From: an uncultured Bacteroidales bacterium
Lineage (GTDB): Bacteria > Bacteroidota > Bacteroidia > Bacteroidales > VadinHA17
DNA length: 64,000 bases
NCBI GenBank assembly: GCA_963789985.1
Contig: CAWBNA010000019.1
Location: 198,051-262,050 of the forward strand
Reading direction: 5' to 3'
Positions 10,476 to 20,925 of this stretch are shown here, in pieces (position 1 is the stretch's first letter; each line of letters starts with the position of its first letter). Both the position numbers and the translations under genes were made by a program. The notes below the pieces were generated by a model. It ran no database searches. It worked only from the letters and a program-made list of their open reading frames with translations, and was not told where the DNA came from.

Positions 10476-11072
10476 ATGAAGATAAAAACCACATGGCTAA
10501 TAGCACTTTTGATTTCAGGATCTATTATTTCCGGATGTTCACCCAGGGCAAGATATGAACACAGGCTGAAACATGAACTTGCTAGAGGGGTGCGATGTGA
10601 TTCATTGTTTATGGGCCTTTATCTGGGAATGCCGCAGAAAGATTTTTATATGCGGTGCTGGAAACTTAACAAAAAAGGATTGATCAGACAGGGTACAAAT
10701 AACGCATCTGTTGAATATACTTTGAATGGAGAGCTAAAGTATCCGGGAACCATGAATTTTTATCCAAAATTTTCAAATGGCAGAATATCCGCAATGCCGG
10801 TAAGGTTTGTCTATAGCGGGTGGTCACCTTGGAATAAAAAATTGTCAACCGATAATCTGGAAGCAGATGTATTAAGATATTGTAAAAGGACTTATGGAGG
10901 AGTGTTTATACCGGTAAAACATCATGAAAGAGGTATGGCTTACGTTAAAATTGACGGAAACAGGCAGATTTCAATTTTTAAAGATGTTGAGCCATACGTC
11001 CAGGTTGTTTTTACTGACTTGCTGGCAAAAAAAGATTCTATCAGTTCATCTCCTGTTGGAAATAGCAAATAG
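10476..11072 (+). CDS. Hypothetical lipoprotein
   Basis: Lipobox ISGC after a hydrophobic stretch. ORF fits tightly between paralogs 1 and 2. Confidence 0.7.
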   Translation: MKIKTTWLIALLISGSIISGCSPRARYEHRLKHELARGVRCDSLFMGLYLGMPQKDFYMRCWKLNKKGLIRQGTNNASVEYTLNGELKYPGTMNFYPKFSNGRISAMPVRFVYSGWSPWNKKLSTDNLEADVLRYCKRTYGGVFIPVKHHERGMAYVKIDGNRQISIFKDVEPYVQVVFTDLLAKKDSISSSPVGNSK

Positions 11073-11103
11073 AATTCATACCAGGCTCCTGAAAAAAAAC
11101 AGG

Positions 11104-14100
11104 ATGTTCAATAAAACTAAATCGGACAATATCCCCATAAAATCAGCATTATTACTGATACCAGTATTTATTTTAGCCTGCGGGAGACAATCGGGTCAGC
11201 ATGTGGAGAAGCGACTGTTTACACTTATGCCTTCCTCTTACACACATGCTGGTTTTGAAAACAAGCTTGATGTAAATAAGCAGGTCAGCTCCAATTTTAA
11301 CATATATACTTACAGGAATTTTTATAACGGTGGAGGGGTTGCGCTTGGTGATGTAAATAATGATGGTCTTATTGATATTTTTCTGACGGCAAATATGGGA
11401 TATAATGTCCTTTATTTAAACAAGGGGAATTTTAAATTTGAAGACATATCAGAAAAAGCCGGAATCAGAGGTAAGGGAAACTGGTCAACCGGTGTCTGCA
11501 TGGCTGACGTCAACGGAGATGGTTTTCTCGACATATATGTGTGTAAATCAGGAAATGCAGTTACCGATGACAGGCATAATGAGTTGTTTATCAATAATGG
11601 AGATCTGACATTTACGGAATGTGCGAAGAAATATGGTCTTGATGATAATGGATATTCAACCCAGGCTATTTTTTTTGACTATGACAGGGACGGTGACCTG
11701 GACATGTACCTTCTTAACAATTCTTCAAGGGCAATTGGTAGTTTTAATTTGAAAAACAATCAACGTTTTATCCGCGATTCGCTTGGAGGGGACAGGCTTT
11801 TCAGAAATGACGGCAATAAATTTACTGACGTAAGCGAAGAAGCCGGAATTTACGGAAGCGTAATAGGATTTGGGCTTGGCGTTTCGGTTACTGATTTCAA
11901 CGAGGATGGCTGGCCCGATCTCTATATATCAAATGATTTTTTTGAAAGGGATTATCTGTACATCAACAATGGGGACGGAACATTTTCCGAGAAGCTGACA
12001 GACATGATCCCTTCGATTTCCGCTGCTTCAATGGGAGCTGATGTGGCTGACATTAACAATGACAGGTTTCCGGAGATTTTTGCCACCGATATGGTCCCCG
12101 AGCATAATGACAGGCTTAAGACAAAAACTACTTTTGACAGCTGGGATAGTTATAAATCCAATGTAAATAATGGTTATTATTACCAGTTCACCCGCAATAT
12201 GCTTCAGCTTAACAATGGAGACGGTACATTCAGCGACATCGGACGTATGGCCGGAGTCAATGCGACCGACTGGTCATGGGGAGCCCTGATAATGGACCTT
12301 GATAATGACGGATTGAAGGATCTTTTTGTGGCAAATGGCATCTATAAAGATCTGACAGATCAGGATTACCTCCAATATTTTTCAAACCGCGATATGATGA
12401 TGTCTGTTATGTCAGGTAAAAAGGTTGATTATAAGGCACTTATTGACGCCATCCCTTCAGTAAAAATCCCTAATTATGCATTTAAGAACCTGGGTAATTA
12501 TAAATTTCAGAATATGGCCGCTCCCTGGGGACTTGATATGCCAAGCTTTTCAAACGGAGCAGCCTATGGCGACCTTGACAATGACGGTGACCTTGATCTT
12601 GTGATCAATAATGTAAACATGCCCCTGTTTATATACCGTAATGAGACAAATCATAAAATCCCTGATAATCACTACCTGAAGGTGATTCTTAAAGGTGAGC
12701 CTCGGAATACTGAGGCGATAGGGGCAAAGGTCACTGTAAAAAATGCCGGAACATTCTATTATGTCGAACAGTCCCCGACACGAGGATTCCTGTCAACTTC
12801 CGACAATAGGCCCAATATTGGACTTGGCCCTCTTAAAATGGTTGATTCTCTGATTGTTGAATGGCCTGATAACCGGGTTACTCTCCTTACCAATGTAAAG
12901 ACTGACCAGATCCTGACTTTGTACCAGAAAGATGCGGTACAAATGTCCCTGAACCTGGTAGATACTGTCAGCAACAGGAACAGATTTTTTATTGATATAA
13001 GCAATGAACACAGAATTAATTTCAGGCATATTGAGGATGACTTCAACGATTTTGACCAGATGCCTCTGATCTTTAACATGATTTCTACCGAGGGACCTCA
13101 TATGTGTAAGGGAGATGTCAATGGGGACGGACTGGAGGATATTTTTATAGGCGGTGCCAAAGGCCAGCCTGGCGCCCTGATGATACAACGGAAGGATGGG
13201 ACCTTTGAATCGATTGACAAGCCTCTGTTCGAAGCTGATAAATTATCTGAAGACATGGGATGCGCCATGTTCGATGCAAATGGTGACGGCTATCCGGATC
13301 TTTATGTTGCAAGCGGTAGCAATGAATTTCCTGAAACTTCGTCAGCTCTGGCTGATCGCCTGTATATAAACGATGGTAAAGGACATTTTACCAAATCGCC
13401 GCAGATCCTGCCTGCAGGAAAATATGAGAGCACCTCCTGTGTAAGGCCGGAAGACTATGATCATGACGGTAATATTGATTTGTTTGTCGGGGTGCGCCTT
13501 AAGCCTTTTTTATACGGGGTTCCGGTAAACGGGTACATCCTTAAAAATGACGGCAAGGGTATATTTACAAATGTTACACCCATGATCGCACCTGAACTTC
13601 AGAACGTAGGAATGATACATGATATGGTATGGGCTGACGTGAACGGCGACGGAAATAAAGATATTATACTGGCAGGAGACTGGATGCCTTTGAAAGTGTT
13701 TATAAATGAGAACGGAAAATTCAGGGAAAAGAAAGATGCTTTCTCTGAAAAAACAGACGGATGGTGGAATTGCCTGGCCATTGGAGATTTTAATAATGAC
13801 GGTAAAATCGATTTTATTGCCGGCAACCACGGCCTGAACTCCAGGTTCAGGGCTTCGGCTGAAAAACCTGTCGATATGTACGTGAACGATTTCGACCTTA
13901 ATGGGACGGTCGAGCAGGTTATTTGTACCTATGATGGAGATAAATCATATCCTTTGGCCCTGAAGCATGACCTTACAAAACAAATTCCTGCACTTGAAAA
14001 AAAATACCCGAAATATGAGATGTACAAAAATCAGCAGATAACTGATATATTCACACCCGAGCAATTAAGCAAAGCTATTCATCTTCATGCATATCTGCTG

Positions 14101-14469
14101 GAAACTTCATTGTTCCTGAATGACGGGAACGGCCATTTCACCAGAAAACCCCTGCCAATCGAAGTGCAGCTTTCTCCGGTTTATTCAATATATGTAGGTG
14201 ATTTTAACGGCGACGGTAATCTCGACATACTGCTTGGCGGTAACCTGTACAATGCAAAACCTGAAACAGGACGGTACGATGCAAGTTACGGGACATTCCT
14301 TCTGGGCGACGGGAAAGGAAATTTCAGGAATGTACCGGCAAAGGAATCAGGATTCCGCGTGAAAGGTGAAGTCAGGGATATGATGGAAGTAAAAACCGCA
14401 AAAGGCAATATTCTGGTTGTTGCCAAAAGCAATGCTCCGATGCAGGTTTTCAAAGAATCAGGAAGATGA
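11104..14469 (+). CDS. FG-GAP/VCBS-repeat + ASPIC/UnbV domain lipoprotein, paralog 2
   Basis: Start moved from 10924 to in-frame ATG 11104 (MFNKTKS...ILAC lipobox), which removes the overlap with the upstream gene. Same repeats, plus RGFLSTSDNRPNIGLG...EWPD. Confidence 0.88.
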   Translation: MFNKTKSDNIPIKSALLLIPVFILACGRQSGQHVEKRLFTLMPSSYTHAGFENKLDVNKQVSSNFNIYTYRNFYNGGGVALGDVNNDGLIDIFLTANMGYNVLYLNKGNFKFEDISEKAGIRGKGNWSTGVCMADVNGDGFLDIYVCKSGNAVTDDRHNELFINNGDLTFTECAKKYGLDDNGYSTQAIFFDYDRDGDLDMYLLNNSSRAIGSFNLKNNQRFIRDSLGGDRLFRNDGNKFTDVSEEAGIYGSVIGFGLGVSVTDFNEDGWPDLYISNDFFERDYLYINNGDGTFSEKLTDMIPSISAASMGADVADINNDRFPEIFATDMVPEHNDRLKTKTTFDSWDSYKSNVNNGYYYQFTRNMLQLNNGDGTFSDIGRMAGVNATDWSWGALIMDLDNDGLKDLFVANGIYKDLTDQDYLQYFSNRDMMMSVMSGKKVDYKALIDAIPSVKIPNYAFKNLGNYKFQNMAAPWGLDMPSFSNGAAYGDLDNDGDLDLVINNVNMPLFIYRNETNHKIPDNHYLKVILKGEPRNTEAIGAKVTVKNAGTFYYVEQSPTRGFLSTSDNRPNIGLGPLKMVDSLIVEWPDNRVTLLTNVKTDQILTLYQKDAVQMSLNLVDTVSNRNRFFIDISNEHRINFRHIEDDFNDFDQMPLIFNMISTEGPHMCKGDVNGDGLEDIFIGGAKGQPGALMIQRKDGTFESIDKPLFEADKLSEDMGCAMFDANGDGYPDLYVASGSNEFPETSSALADRLYINDGKGHFTKSPQILPAGKYESTSCVRPEDYDHDGNIDLFVGVRLKPFLYGVPVNGYILKNDGKGIFTNVTPMIAPELQNVGMIHDMVWADVNGDGNKDIILAGDWMPLKVFINENGKFREKKDAFSEKTDGWWNCLAIGDFNNDGKIDFIAGNHGLNSRFRASAEKPVDMYVNDFDLNGTVEQVICTYDGDKSYPLALKHDLTKQIPALEKKYPKYEMYKNQQITDIFTPEQLSKAIHLHAYLLETSLFLNDGNGHFTRKPLPIEVQLSPVYSIYVGDFNGDGNLDILLGGNLYNAKPETGRYDASYGTFLLGDGKGNFRNVPAKESGFRVKGEVRDMMEVKTAKGNILVVAKSNAPMQVFKESGR

Positions 14470-14478
14470 ATTTTTATT

Positions 14479-17400
14479 ATGAAAAACCTGACATTGATTC
14501 TGATTGCACTTATTTTTCTTTCTGCCTGTAAACAAAGGACTGATCATGATGAACATCTGTTTACGCTGTTATCTCCTTCTTATACTCATGTGAATTTCAC
14601 AAATAAACTCACTGAAACAGAGCAGGCGAATATTATTGAATATCTCTATTTCAACAATGGGGCAGGTGTGGCGGCCGGTGATATTAACAATGACGGACTT
14701 ATTGATTTATTTTTTACTTCCAATCAGGGGCCGAATAAGCTGTTCCTCAACAAGGGTAATATGAAATTTGAAGATATTACAGATGAAGCCGGAGTAGCAG
14801 GAAAAGGCAGCTGGAAAACCGGCGTGACCATGGCTGATGTAAACGGAGACGGGTTACTTGATATTTATGTCTGCGAAGTAGGAAATTATAAAAGTTTTCA
14901 TGGAAAGAACCAGCTCTTTATAAATCAGGGCAACCTCAGGTTCAAAGATGAAGCTCATGATTATGGACTTGATTTTTCGGGTTTTTCAACTCAGGCGGCT
15001 TTTTTTGACTATGATATGGATGGCGACCTTGATATGTACCTTCTGAATCATTCAGTGCATACATCAAGAAGCTATGGTGGAGCACAACTGCGCTACCAAT
15101 TTGATCCGAGGGCGGGAGACAGGCTTTTCAGGAATGATGTCCTGAACGGGAAGAATGTATTCCATGATATTACACGTGAGGCGGGAATTTACAGCAGCCA
15201 GATTGGCTATGGCCTTGGAATAAGTATCAGTGATGTTAACAATGATGGTTTTCCTGATATCTATATATCAAACGATTTTCATGAAAATGACTATTTGTAC
15301 ATAAATAACGGAAACGGAACTTTCAGTGAGCGGCTGACAGATATGATCAGACATACGAGCAGATCTTCAATGGGTAATGATATTGCTGATTTCAACAATG
15401 ACGGATTGCCTGATATAATGGTCCTTGATATGATGCCTGATAAGGAAAAAATAAGGAAACAATCTGGCGGCGAAGATGATTATGAGCTCTTTAAAATGAA
15501 AAGAGATTACGGGTATAATTACCAGTACGTACGCAATACTCTTCAGCTTAATCTGGGTGGAGATATGTTCAGTGAAATAGGACTGCTGGCAGGAGTTTAC
15601 TCAACTGACTGGAGCTGGTCGCCCTTGTTCTGTGATGTTGATAATGACGGATGGAAGGACCTGTTTATTACGAATGGCATTTACAGAAGATCGAATGATC
15701 TTGATTATGTAAAGTTTCTGACCGGAGGCAACCGCTACTTTCCGACAAAGGATAACAGCTCATTATCTGATCGTGAACTATATGAAAAGATGCCGCTTTA
15801 TCCGAATGTGAATTACATCTACAGGAACAACAGGGACCTGACCTTTACAAATATGGCAAAGGAATGGGGATTTAATGTCAAATCATATTCCAATGGATCA
15901 ACATATGCGGATCTTGATAATGACGGTGACCTTGACCTTATTGTAAACAATATAAATGCAAATGCCTTTATTTACAGGAACAATGCCGAACACAAGCTTA
16001 AAAATCATTATATATCCGTTGTCCTGAAAGGCAAAGGGCTTAATACTAATGGAATAGGAGCTCGCGTGACAGTTTTCTCCAATGGGACCAGGCAGATTGC
16101 CGAACAGTTCCCGACCAGAGGTTTCCTTTCTTCTACAATTGGCCCGCTGCATTTCGGTCTGGGAAATGCAGATGTGATCGATTCTTTGTCTGTGCAATGG
16201 CCCGATTTATCTGAACAGACTCTTAAAGATGTAAAGGCCGACAGGATTGTCACATTTGATATGTCGAATGCCGGGAAGCGCACTGGAATACGGAAAGCGG
16301 AAAGTCCAAAAGAGTTGATCTTTACTCCTTTAACTGTTCCCGGACTTGCTTTCAGGCATGTTGAAGATGCATATTCGGATTTCAGCAGAGAGCATCTTAT
16401 TCCTCACAGTTTGTCTGCCGAAGGTCCCGCAATTGCTACGGCTGATGTAAACGGAGACGGAATGGACGATATATTCATCGGAGGGGCTAAAGGCCAGGCA
16501 TCTGAAATTTTTATTCAGCAAAGCGACGGCAGTTTCAAAAAGCTGGATGTGCCGGCTTTGAAAGAACCCCATTATTCGGATGACACGGATGCTTTGTTTT
16601 TTGATGCTGATGGTGACGGGAAACCAGACCTTTATATTGTCAGAGGAGGTAACGAACTTCCTGCGGGAAATCCATTCCTCAGCGATCTTCTCCTCATAAA
16701 CGATGGCAAGGGAGGGTTCAGGAAATGTGATAATGGAGCATTGCCGTTAATGTCTCATAACGGTTCGTGCGTACGGGCATGTGATTTTGACAATGATGGC
16801 GACCTCGACCTGTTTGTGGGATCCCGATCCATACCGGGAGCCTATGGCCTGTCTCCGGATCAATACCTTCTTGAAAATGACGGCCACGGACATTTCAAAG
16901 ATGTTACTGAAGCCAGAAGTGCCGGACTTAAGAAAATCGGGATGGTAACGGATGCATGCTGGGTCGATTACGATAAGGATGGATATAAGGATCTGGTAGT
17001 TACTGGAGAATGGATGAAAGTGTGCATTTTCAAAAATGAGAAGGGGAATTTTAAAGATGTGACACAACAGGCTGGCCTTGATCAGACTTCAGGATGGTGG
17101 AACTGCGTTAAGGCCGCTGATATCGACGGCGACGGAAACATGGATCTGATAGGAGGGAATCTTGGATTGAATTCGATGCTCAGGGCCTCCGTCAGCGAAC
17201 CTGTGGAAATGTACCTGAATGACTTCGATAACAACGGCTCTGTTGACCAGGTGATATGCTCCTATATGGATGGCATCAGCTATCCTGTTGCCTCACTTGA
17301 TGAACTTATGGAGCAGATATCGGGGCTGGGGAAAAAATTTCCTCATTATTCCGATTTCGGAGGGAAAACTGTTAAAGATATTTTTGGTACAAGTTCAGTT

Positions 17401-17799
17401 GAGAAATCAGACATTAAAAAAGCAGTGCTTTTTGAAAGCTGTGTATTCCATAATAATGGAAATGGAACTTTCAAAATTTACAAACTTCCTGTTGAAGCCC
17501 AGTTTTCTCCGGTACGCGGCATAATAGTAAACGACTTTAATGATGACGGTATAAAGGATATTGTAATTGCAGGGAATGATTATCAGGTCAGACCTTCGCT
17601 GGGGAGATATGACGCAAGCTACGGGTGGTTTCTGGAGGGTAAGCCTGATGGTACATTTAAGGCGATTATGCCTGCAGAAAGCGGACTTGCAATAAATGGA
17701 GATGCCCGTAAGATCGTCAGCATCACAATTCATGGGAAACATTGCCTTGCTGCTGCAGTGAACAATGGCGATCTGCAGATTTTCAGGGCAGGGAAGTAG
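14479..17799 (+). CDS. FG-GAP/VCBS-repeat + ASPIC/UnbV domain lipoprotein, paralog 3
   Basis: Lipobox LSAC, DxNxDG repeats, RGFLSSTIGPLHFGLG...QWPD. Confidence 0.88.
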   Translation: MKNLTLILIALIFLSACKQRTDHDEHLFTLLSPSYTHVNFTNKLTETEQANIIEYLYFNNGAGVAAGDINNDGLIDLFFTSNQGPNKLFLNKGNMKFEDITDEAGVAGKGSWKTGVTMADVNGDGLLDIYVCEVGNYKSFHGKNQLFINQGNLRFKDEAHDYGLDFSGFSTQAAFFDYDMDGDLDMYLLNHSVHTSRSYGGAQLRYQFDPRAGDRLFRNDVLNGKNVFHDITREAGIYSSQIGYGLGISISDVNNDGFPDIYISNDFHENDYLYINNGNGTFSERLTDMIRHTSRSSMGNDIADFNNDGLPDIMVLDMMPDKEKIRKQSGGEDDYELFKMKRDYGYNYQYVRNTLQLNLGGDMFSEIGLLAGVYSTDWSWSPLFCDVDNDGWKDLFITNGIYRRSNDLDYVKFLTGGNRYFPTKDNSSLSDRELYEKMPLYPNVNYIYRNNRDLTFTNMAKEWGFNVKSYSNGSTYADLDNDGDLDLIVNNINANAFIYRNNAEHKLKNHYISVVLKGKGLNTNGIGARVTVFSNGTRQIAEQFPTRGFLSSTIGPLHFGLGNADVIDSLSVQWPDLSEQTLKDVKADRIVTFDMSNAGKRTGIRKAESPKELIFTPLTVPGLAFRHVEDAYSDFSREHLIPHSLSAEGPAIATADVNGDGMDDIFIGGAKGQASEIFIQQSDGSFKKLDVPALKEPHYSDDTDALFFDADGDGKPDLYIVRGGNELPAGNPFLSDLLLINDGKGGFRKCDNGALPLMSHNGSCVRACDFDNDGDLDLFVGSRSIPGAYGLSPDQYLLENDGHGHFKDVTEARSAGLKKIGMVTDACWVDYDKDGYKDLVVTGEWMKVCIFKNEKGNFKDVTQQAGLDQTSGWWNCVKAADIDGDGNMDLIGGNLGLNSMLRASVSEPVEMYLNDFDNNGSVDQVICSYMDGISYPVASLDELMEQISGLGKKFPHYSDFGGKTVKDIFGTSSVEKSDIKKAVLFESCVFHNNGNGTFKIYKLPVEAQFSPVRGIIVNDFNDDGIKDIVIAGNDYQVRPSLGRYDASYGWFLEGKPDGTFKAIMPAESGLAINGDARKIVSITIHGKHCLAAAVNNGDLQIFRAGK

Positions 17800-17848
17800 A
17801 CAGCCAGCGTTTATGTATTTCTTAAACACTGACTTTATTAAAGGACAG

Positions 17849-18325
17849 TTATATCTTTTCCTTTTTGTATGACAACGATATACTGTTTTTGTCTGCAAAC
17901 GCTTCAGTTCCTTTTTTTAATGATTCATTAAGATCAGTATATGTTGTGCCCAGGCGAATGGTGATTTTCCTTCCCGATTTAAGAAAAAACAAGATTGAAA
18001 GCGGGTACACTTCAATTTTATCAATTTCTGAGATCTCAAAATTCTGAGGCGGAAGCATTGATACCCTCTTTAAAATCAATGTGGTTTGTCCGAATTCAAT
18101 ATATCTTTTCGCCTTACCCATGCCGGACAGGATCTCAAAATAACTGAAACCAATCAGAAAAGCTATTGTCAGCCATACTGAACCTGTTGATTTATATGTT
18201 GTTATATTGAGGATGATCCATGTAATTGCTACTATAAGGCAGACAAAGCCGAATGCGAGCTGAATCACTTTCACTGCCTTATTATCGTTTGTTGCCTCGA
18301 GGGGGAAATGATTTTTTTCCATCAC
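17849..18325 (-). CDS. Hypothetical membrane protein (two N-terminal TM helices)
   Basis: 158-aa ORF with two hydrophobic segments followed by a soluble domain. Confidence 0.65.
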   Translation of the reverse strand: MMEKNHFPLEATNDNKAVKVIQLAFGFVCLIVAITWIILNITTYKSTGSVWLTIAFLIGFSYFEILSGMGKAKRYIEFGQTTLILKRVSMLPPQNFEISEIDKIEVYPLSILFFLKSGRKITIRLGTTYTDLNESLKKGTEAFADKNSISLSYKKEKI

Positions 18326-18476
18326 TGTTTTAAATATGGCTTATTTCTTCTTACAAAAAATGTATGGAATTCCATTCCAAATATTTAACATTTTTTCACA
18401 ACAGCCAAATTGCTTTTAATTTGACTTTAAACATAAAAGTTATAATTTTATAACTTGTAAAACAAAATAACAATAT

Positions 18477-19241
18477 ATGAAATACTCTTTGATTTCCAGC
18501 GTGCTGTTGTGCATGAGCAGCTTTGCTTTTGCCCAGCAGCCAAAACAGGAACCAGCTCCGATGACGCCTCAAATGACCGAGATTATGGACCCTGAAGTAA
18601 AAGTAATAGAGCCGCCGGCACAGGCCGGGATGCCACCTTCGGATGCCATTATATTGTTCGATGGCACTGATATCAATAAAGAATGGACAGACTTAAAGGG
18701 TAATCCTACCAAATGGATTGTTCAGGATGGTGCTATGATTAGTACAAAAGGTTCAGGAGATATACAGACCAGGAGAAAATTCAACGATTTCCAGCTTCAT
18801 GTTGAATGGCGTTCTCCTTCGGAAGTGACAGGAGAAGGGCAGGGCAGAGGGAATAGCGGAGTATATCTTCAGGGACTTTATGAAGTTCAGGTTCTTGACA
18901 GCTACAACAACAGAACCTACAGACAGGGGCAGGCAGGCAGTCTTTACAAGCAGTATGCCCCTCTTGTGAATGTATGCAGAAAACCAGGCGAATGGCAGAG
19001 TTATGATATTATTTATACGGCACCACGTTTTGCTGCCGACAGTTTGGTTTATTTTACACCGCCAAGGGTCATTGTTCTTCAAAACGGGGTTTTAATACAG
19101 AATAATGTCAGCCTCAGGGGTCCGACACTTTATATCGGAATACCGGAATACTCAGTCAAAAAGCACGGTGCCGGCCCGATATTATTGCAGTATCATGGTA
19201 ATCCGGTGGCATTCAGGAATATCTGGATCAGAGAACTTTAG
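18477..19241 (+). CDS. DUF1080 (3-keto-disaccharide hydrolase family) secreted protein
   Basis: Signal peptide, LFDG, GNSGVYL, YEVQVLD, GEWQSY, LQYHGNPVAFRNIWIREL. Confidence 0.92.
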   Translation: MKYSLISSVLLCMSSFAFAQQPKQEPAPMTPQMTEIMDPEVKVIEPPAQAGMPPSDAIILFDGTDINKEWTDLKGNPTKWIVQDGAMISTKGSGDIQTRRKFNDFQLHVEWRSPSEVTGEGQGRGNSGVYLQGLYEVQVLDSYNNRTYRQGQAGSLYKQYAPLVNVCRKPGEWQSYDIIYTAPRFAADSLVYFTPPRVIVLQNGVLIQNNVSLRGPTLYIGIPEYSVKKHGAGPILLQYHGNPVAFRNIWIREL

Positions 19242-19346
19242 TTTCGTGAGTCTGGAATCAGTGGCAATGGAATATTATGAAAATCATTTTGCATTTTATA
19301 ATTTTACATATCAATCAAATCGAAATCAAATTTAAAATACCTGACA

Positions 19347-20837
19347 ATGAAAGAAAATTCTAACAACATTACCCGCCGGGACTTTATTGGAAAAACCGGC
19401 GCTGTTGCAGCTGGCCTTACAATTCTTCCCGGGACAGTTATCAGCGGTTTTGGCCACAGGGCTCCAAGCGACAAGCTTAATATAGCAGTCGTAGGAATCG
19501 GCGGAATGGGAAATTCAAACCTTAAAGCAGTAGCTCCTACTGAAAACATAATTGCTTTATGCGATGTGGACTGGGCTTATGCAAAAAAGGTATTTGATGC
19601 AAACCCAAATGCAAAACGTTACTGGGACTGGCGCAAGATGTTTGATGAAATGGGCAAATCAATTGATGCCGTCATTGTTGCCACTGCTGACCACAGCCAC
19701 TGTATTGTTGCTTCAAATGCAATTACAATGGGAAAGCATGTCTATGTTCAGAAACCTCTGACTCACTCAGTTTATGAATCGAGGCTGCTGACCAAACTTG
19801 CTGCAAAATACAAGGTAGCAACCCAGATGGGTAACCAGGGATCATCAGGCGAAGGAGTTAATCTTACTGTTGAATGGCTGCAGAACGGAGAAATCGGCGA
19901 TGTAAAGAAAGTTGAAGCATTTACTGATCGTCCAATCTGGCCGCAGGGATTGAATGTTCCCAAAGGTGAATGGGTTCCCGATACTCTTAACTGGGATCTC
20001 TTTATTGGCCCGGCAAAGATGCGTCCTTACAACAGCCTTTATACTCCATGGAACTGGAGAGGCTGGTGGGACTTTGGCACAGGCGCACTTGGTGACATGG
20101 CCTGCCATATTCTGCATCCTGTATTTAAGGGACTGAAGCTTAAATATCCGGTCAGAGCACAGGGAAGTTCAACCCTTTTGCTTACCGACTGTGCCCCGAA
20201 TGCCCAGATGGTAAGGCTGGTTTATCCTGAAAGAGTTACTGCTAAAAATGCAAAAATGAAATTACCGGAAGTTGAAGTGATCTGGTACGATGGTGGATTA
20301 CAGCCTCCTAAACCAACGGGATGGCCGGCTGGGAAAAACATGAATGATGCCGGAGGAGGAGTTGTTTTCCACGGAACAAAAGATAAACTGATTTGCGGTT
20401 GTTATGGGAAAAGCCCATGGCTGCTTTCAGGCCGTGTACCTGTTGTTCCCAAGACGGAACGAAGAGTTCCGGATCAGGTCAGCCACGAGATGGATTGGGT
20501 GCGTGCCTGCAAGGAAAGCCCTGAAAGCAGAGTGATGTCAAAATCGGATTTCTCCGAAGCAGGACCGTTTAACGAAATGGTTGTTATGGGTGTTCTTGCA
20601 GTCAGACTCCAGGGCCTGAACAAAGAACTTGAATGGAACGGAGAAAAAATGGAATTCACAAATATCAACGCCGACGATAAAGTGAGACTTACAATCTCAG
20701 ATAATTTCACAATCATCGATGGCGATCCTAAATTCAACAGACCGGATATCTCATTGAATGCAAGGGACTTCGCTTCTGAAATGATTAAGCACACTTACAG
20801 ACAGGGCGGTTGGACATTACCTGAAATGCCTGCTTAA
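19347..20837 (+). CDS. Tat-exported Gfo/Idh/MocA NAD-dependent oxidoreductase (putative glycoside 3-dehydrogenase)
   Basis: Twin-arginine TRRDFI, GIGGMG, HVYVQKPLTH, WRGWWDFGTGALGDMACH. Confidence 0.92.
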   Translation: MKENSNNITRRDFIGKTGAVAAGLTILPGTVISGFGHRAPSDKLNIAVVGIGGMGNSNLKAVAPTENIIALCDVDWAYAKKVFDANPNAKRYWDWRKMFDEMGKSIDAVIVATADHSHCIVASNAITMGKHVYVQKPLTHSVYESRLLTKLAAKYKVATQMGNQGSSGEGVNLTVEWLQNGEIGDVKKVEAFTDRPIWPQGLNVPKGEWVPDTLNWDLFIGPAKMRPYNSLYTPWNWRGWWDFGTGALGDMACHILHPVFKGLKLKYPVRAQGSSTLLLTDCAPNAQMVRLVYPERVTAKNAKMKLPEVEVIWYDGGLQPPKPTGWPAGKNMNDAGGGVVFHGTKDKLICGCYGKSPWLLSGRVPVVPKTERRVPDQVSHEMDWVRACKESPESRVMSKSDFSEAGPFNEMVVMGVLAVRLQGLNKELEWNGEKMEFTNINADDKVRLTISDNFTIIDGDPKFNRPDISLNARDFASEMIKHTYRQGGWTLPEMPA

Positions 20838-20866
20838 TTGTGTAATTAAATAATTTTGTTATCATC

Positions 20867-20894
20867 GCAGAGACGGAAAATATTCCGTCTCTGC
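20867..20894. repeat. Perfect 12-bp-stem hairpin GCAGAGACGGAA-aata-TTCCGTCTCTGC
   Basis: Read directly from the intergenic sequence between the oxidoreductase and the second DUF1080 gene. Confidence 0.8.
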
Positions 20895-20925
20895 ATTATA
20901 AAAAAAACAATAACAACGTATCACT

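Noticed and set aside
10924-11103. 60-aa N-terminal extension of paralog 2 overlapping the upstream lipoprotein gene
   Set aside because: The lipoprotein signal fits a start at 11104, and the 149-nt overlap is unnecessary.
7111-17799. Recurrent GAYGGNGAY-like DNA repeats as a possible CRISPR or repeat array
   Set aside because: They are coding FG-GAP (DxDGD) repeats, with no constant repeat-spacer structure and no cas genes.
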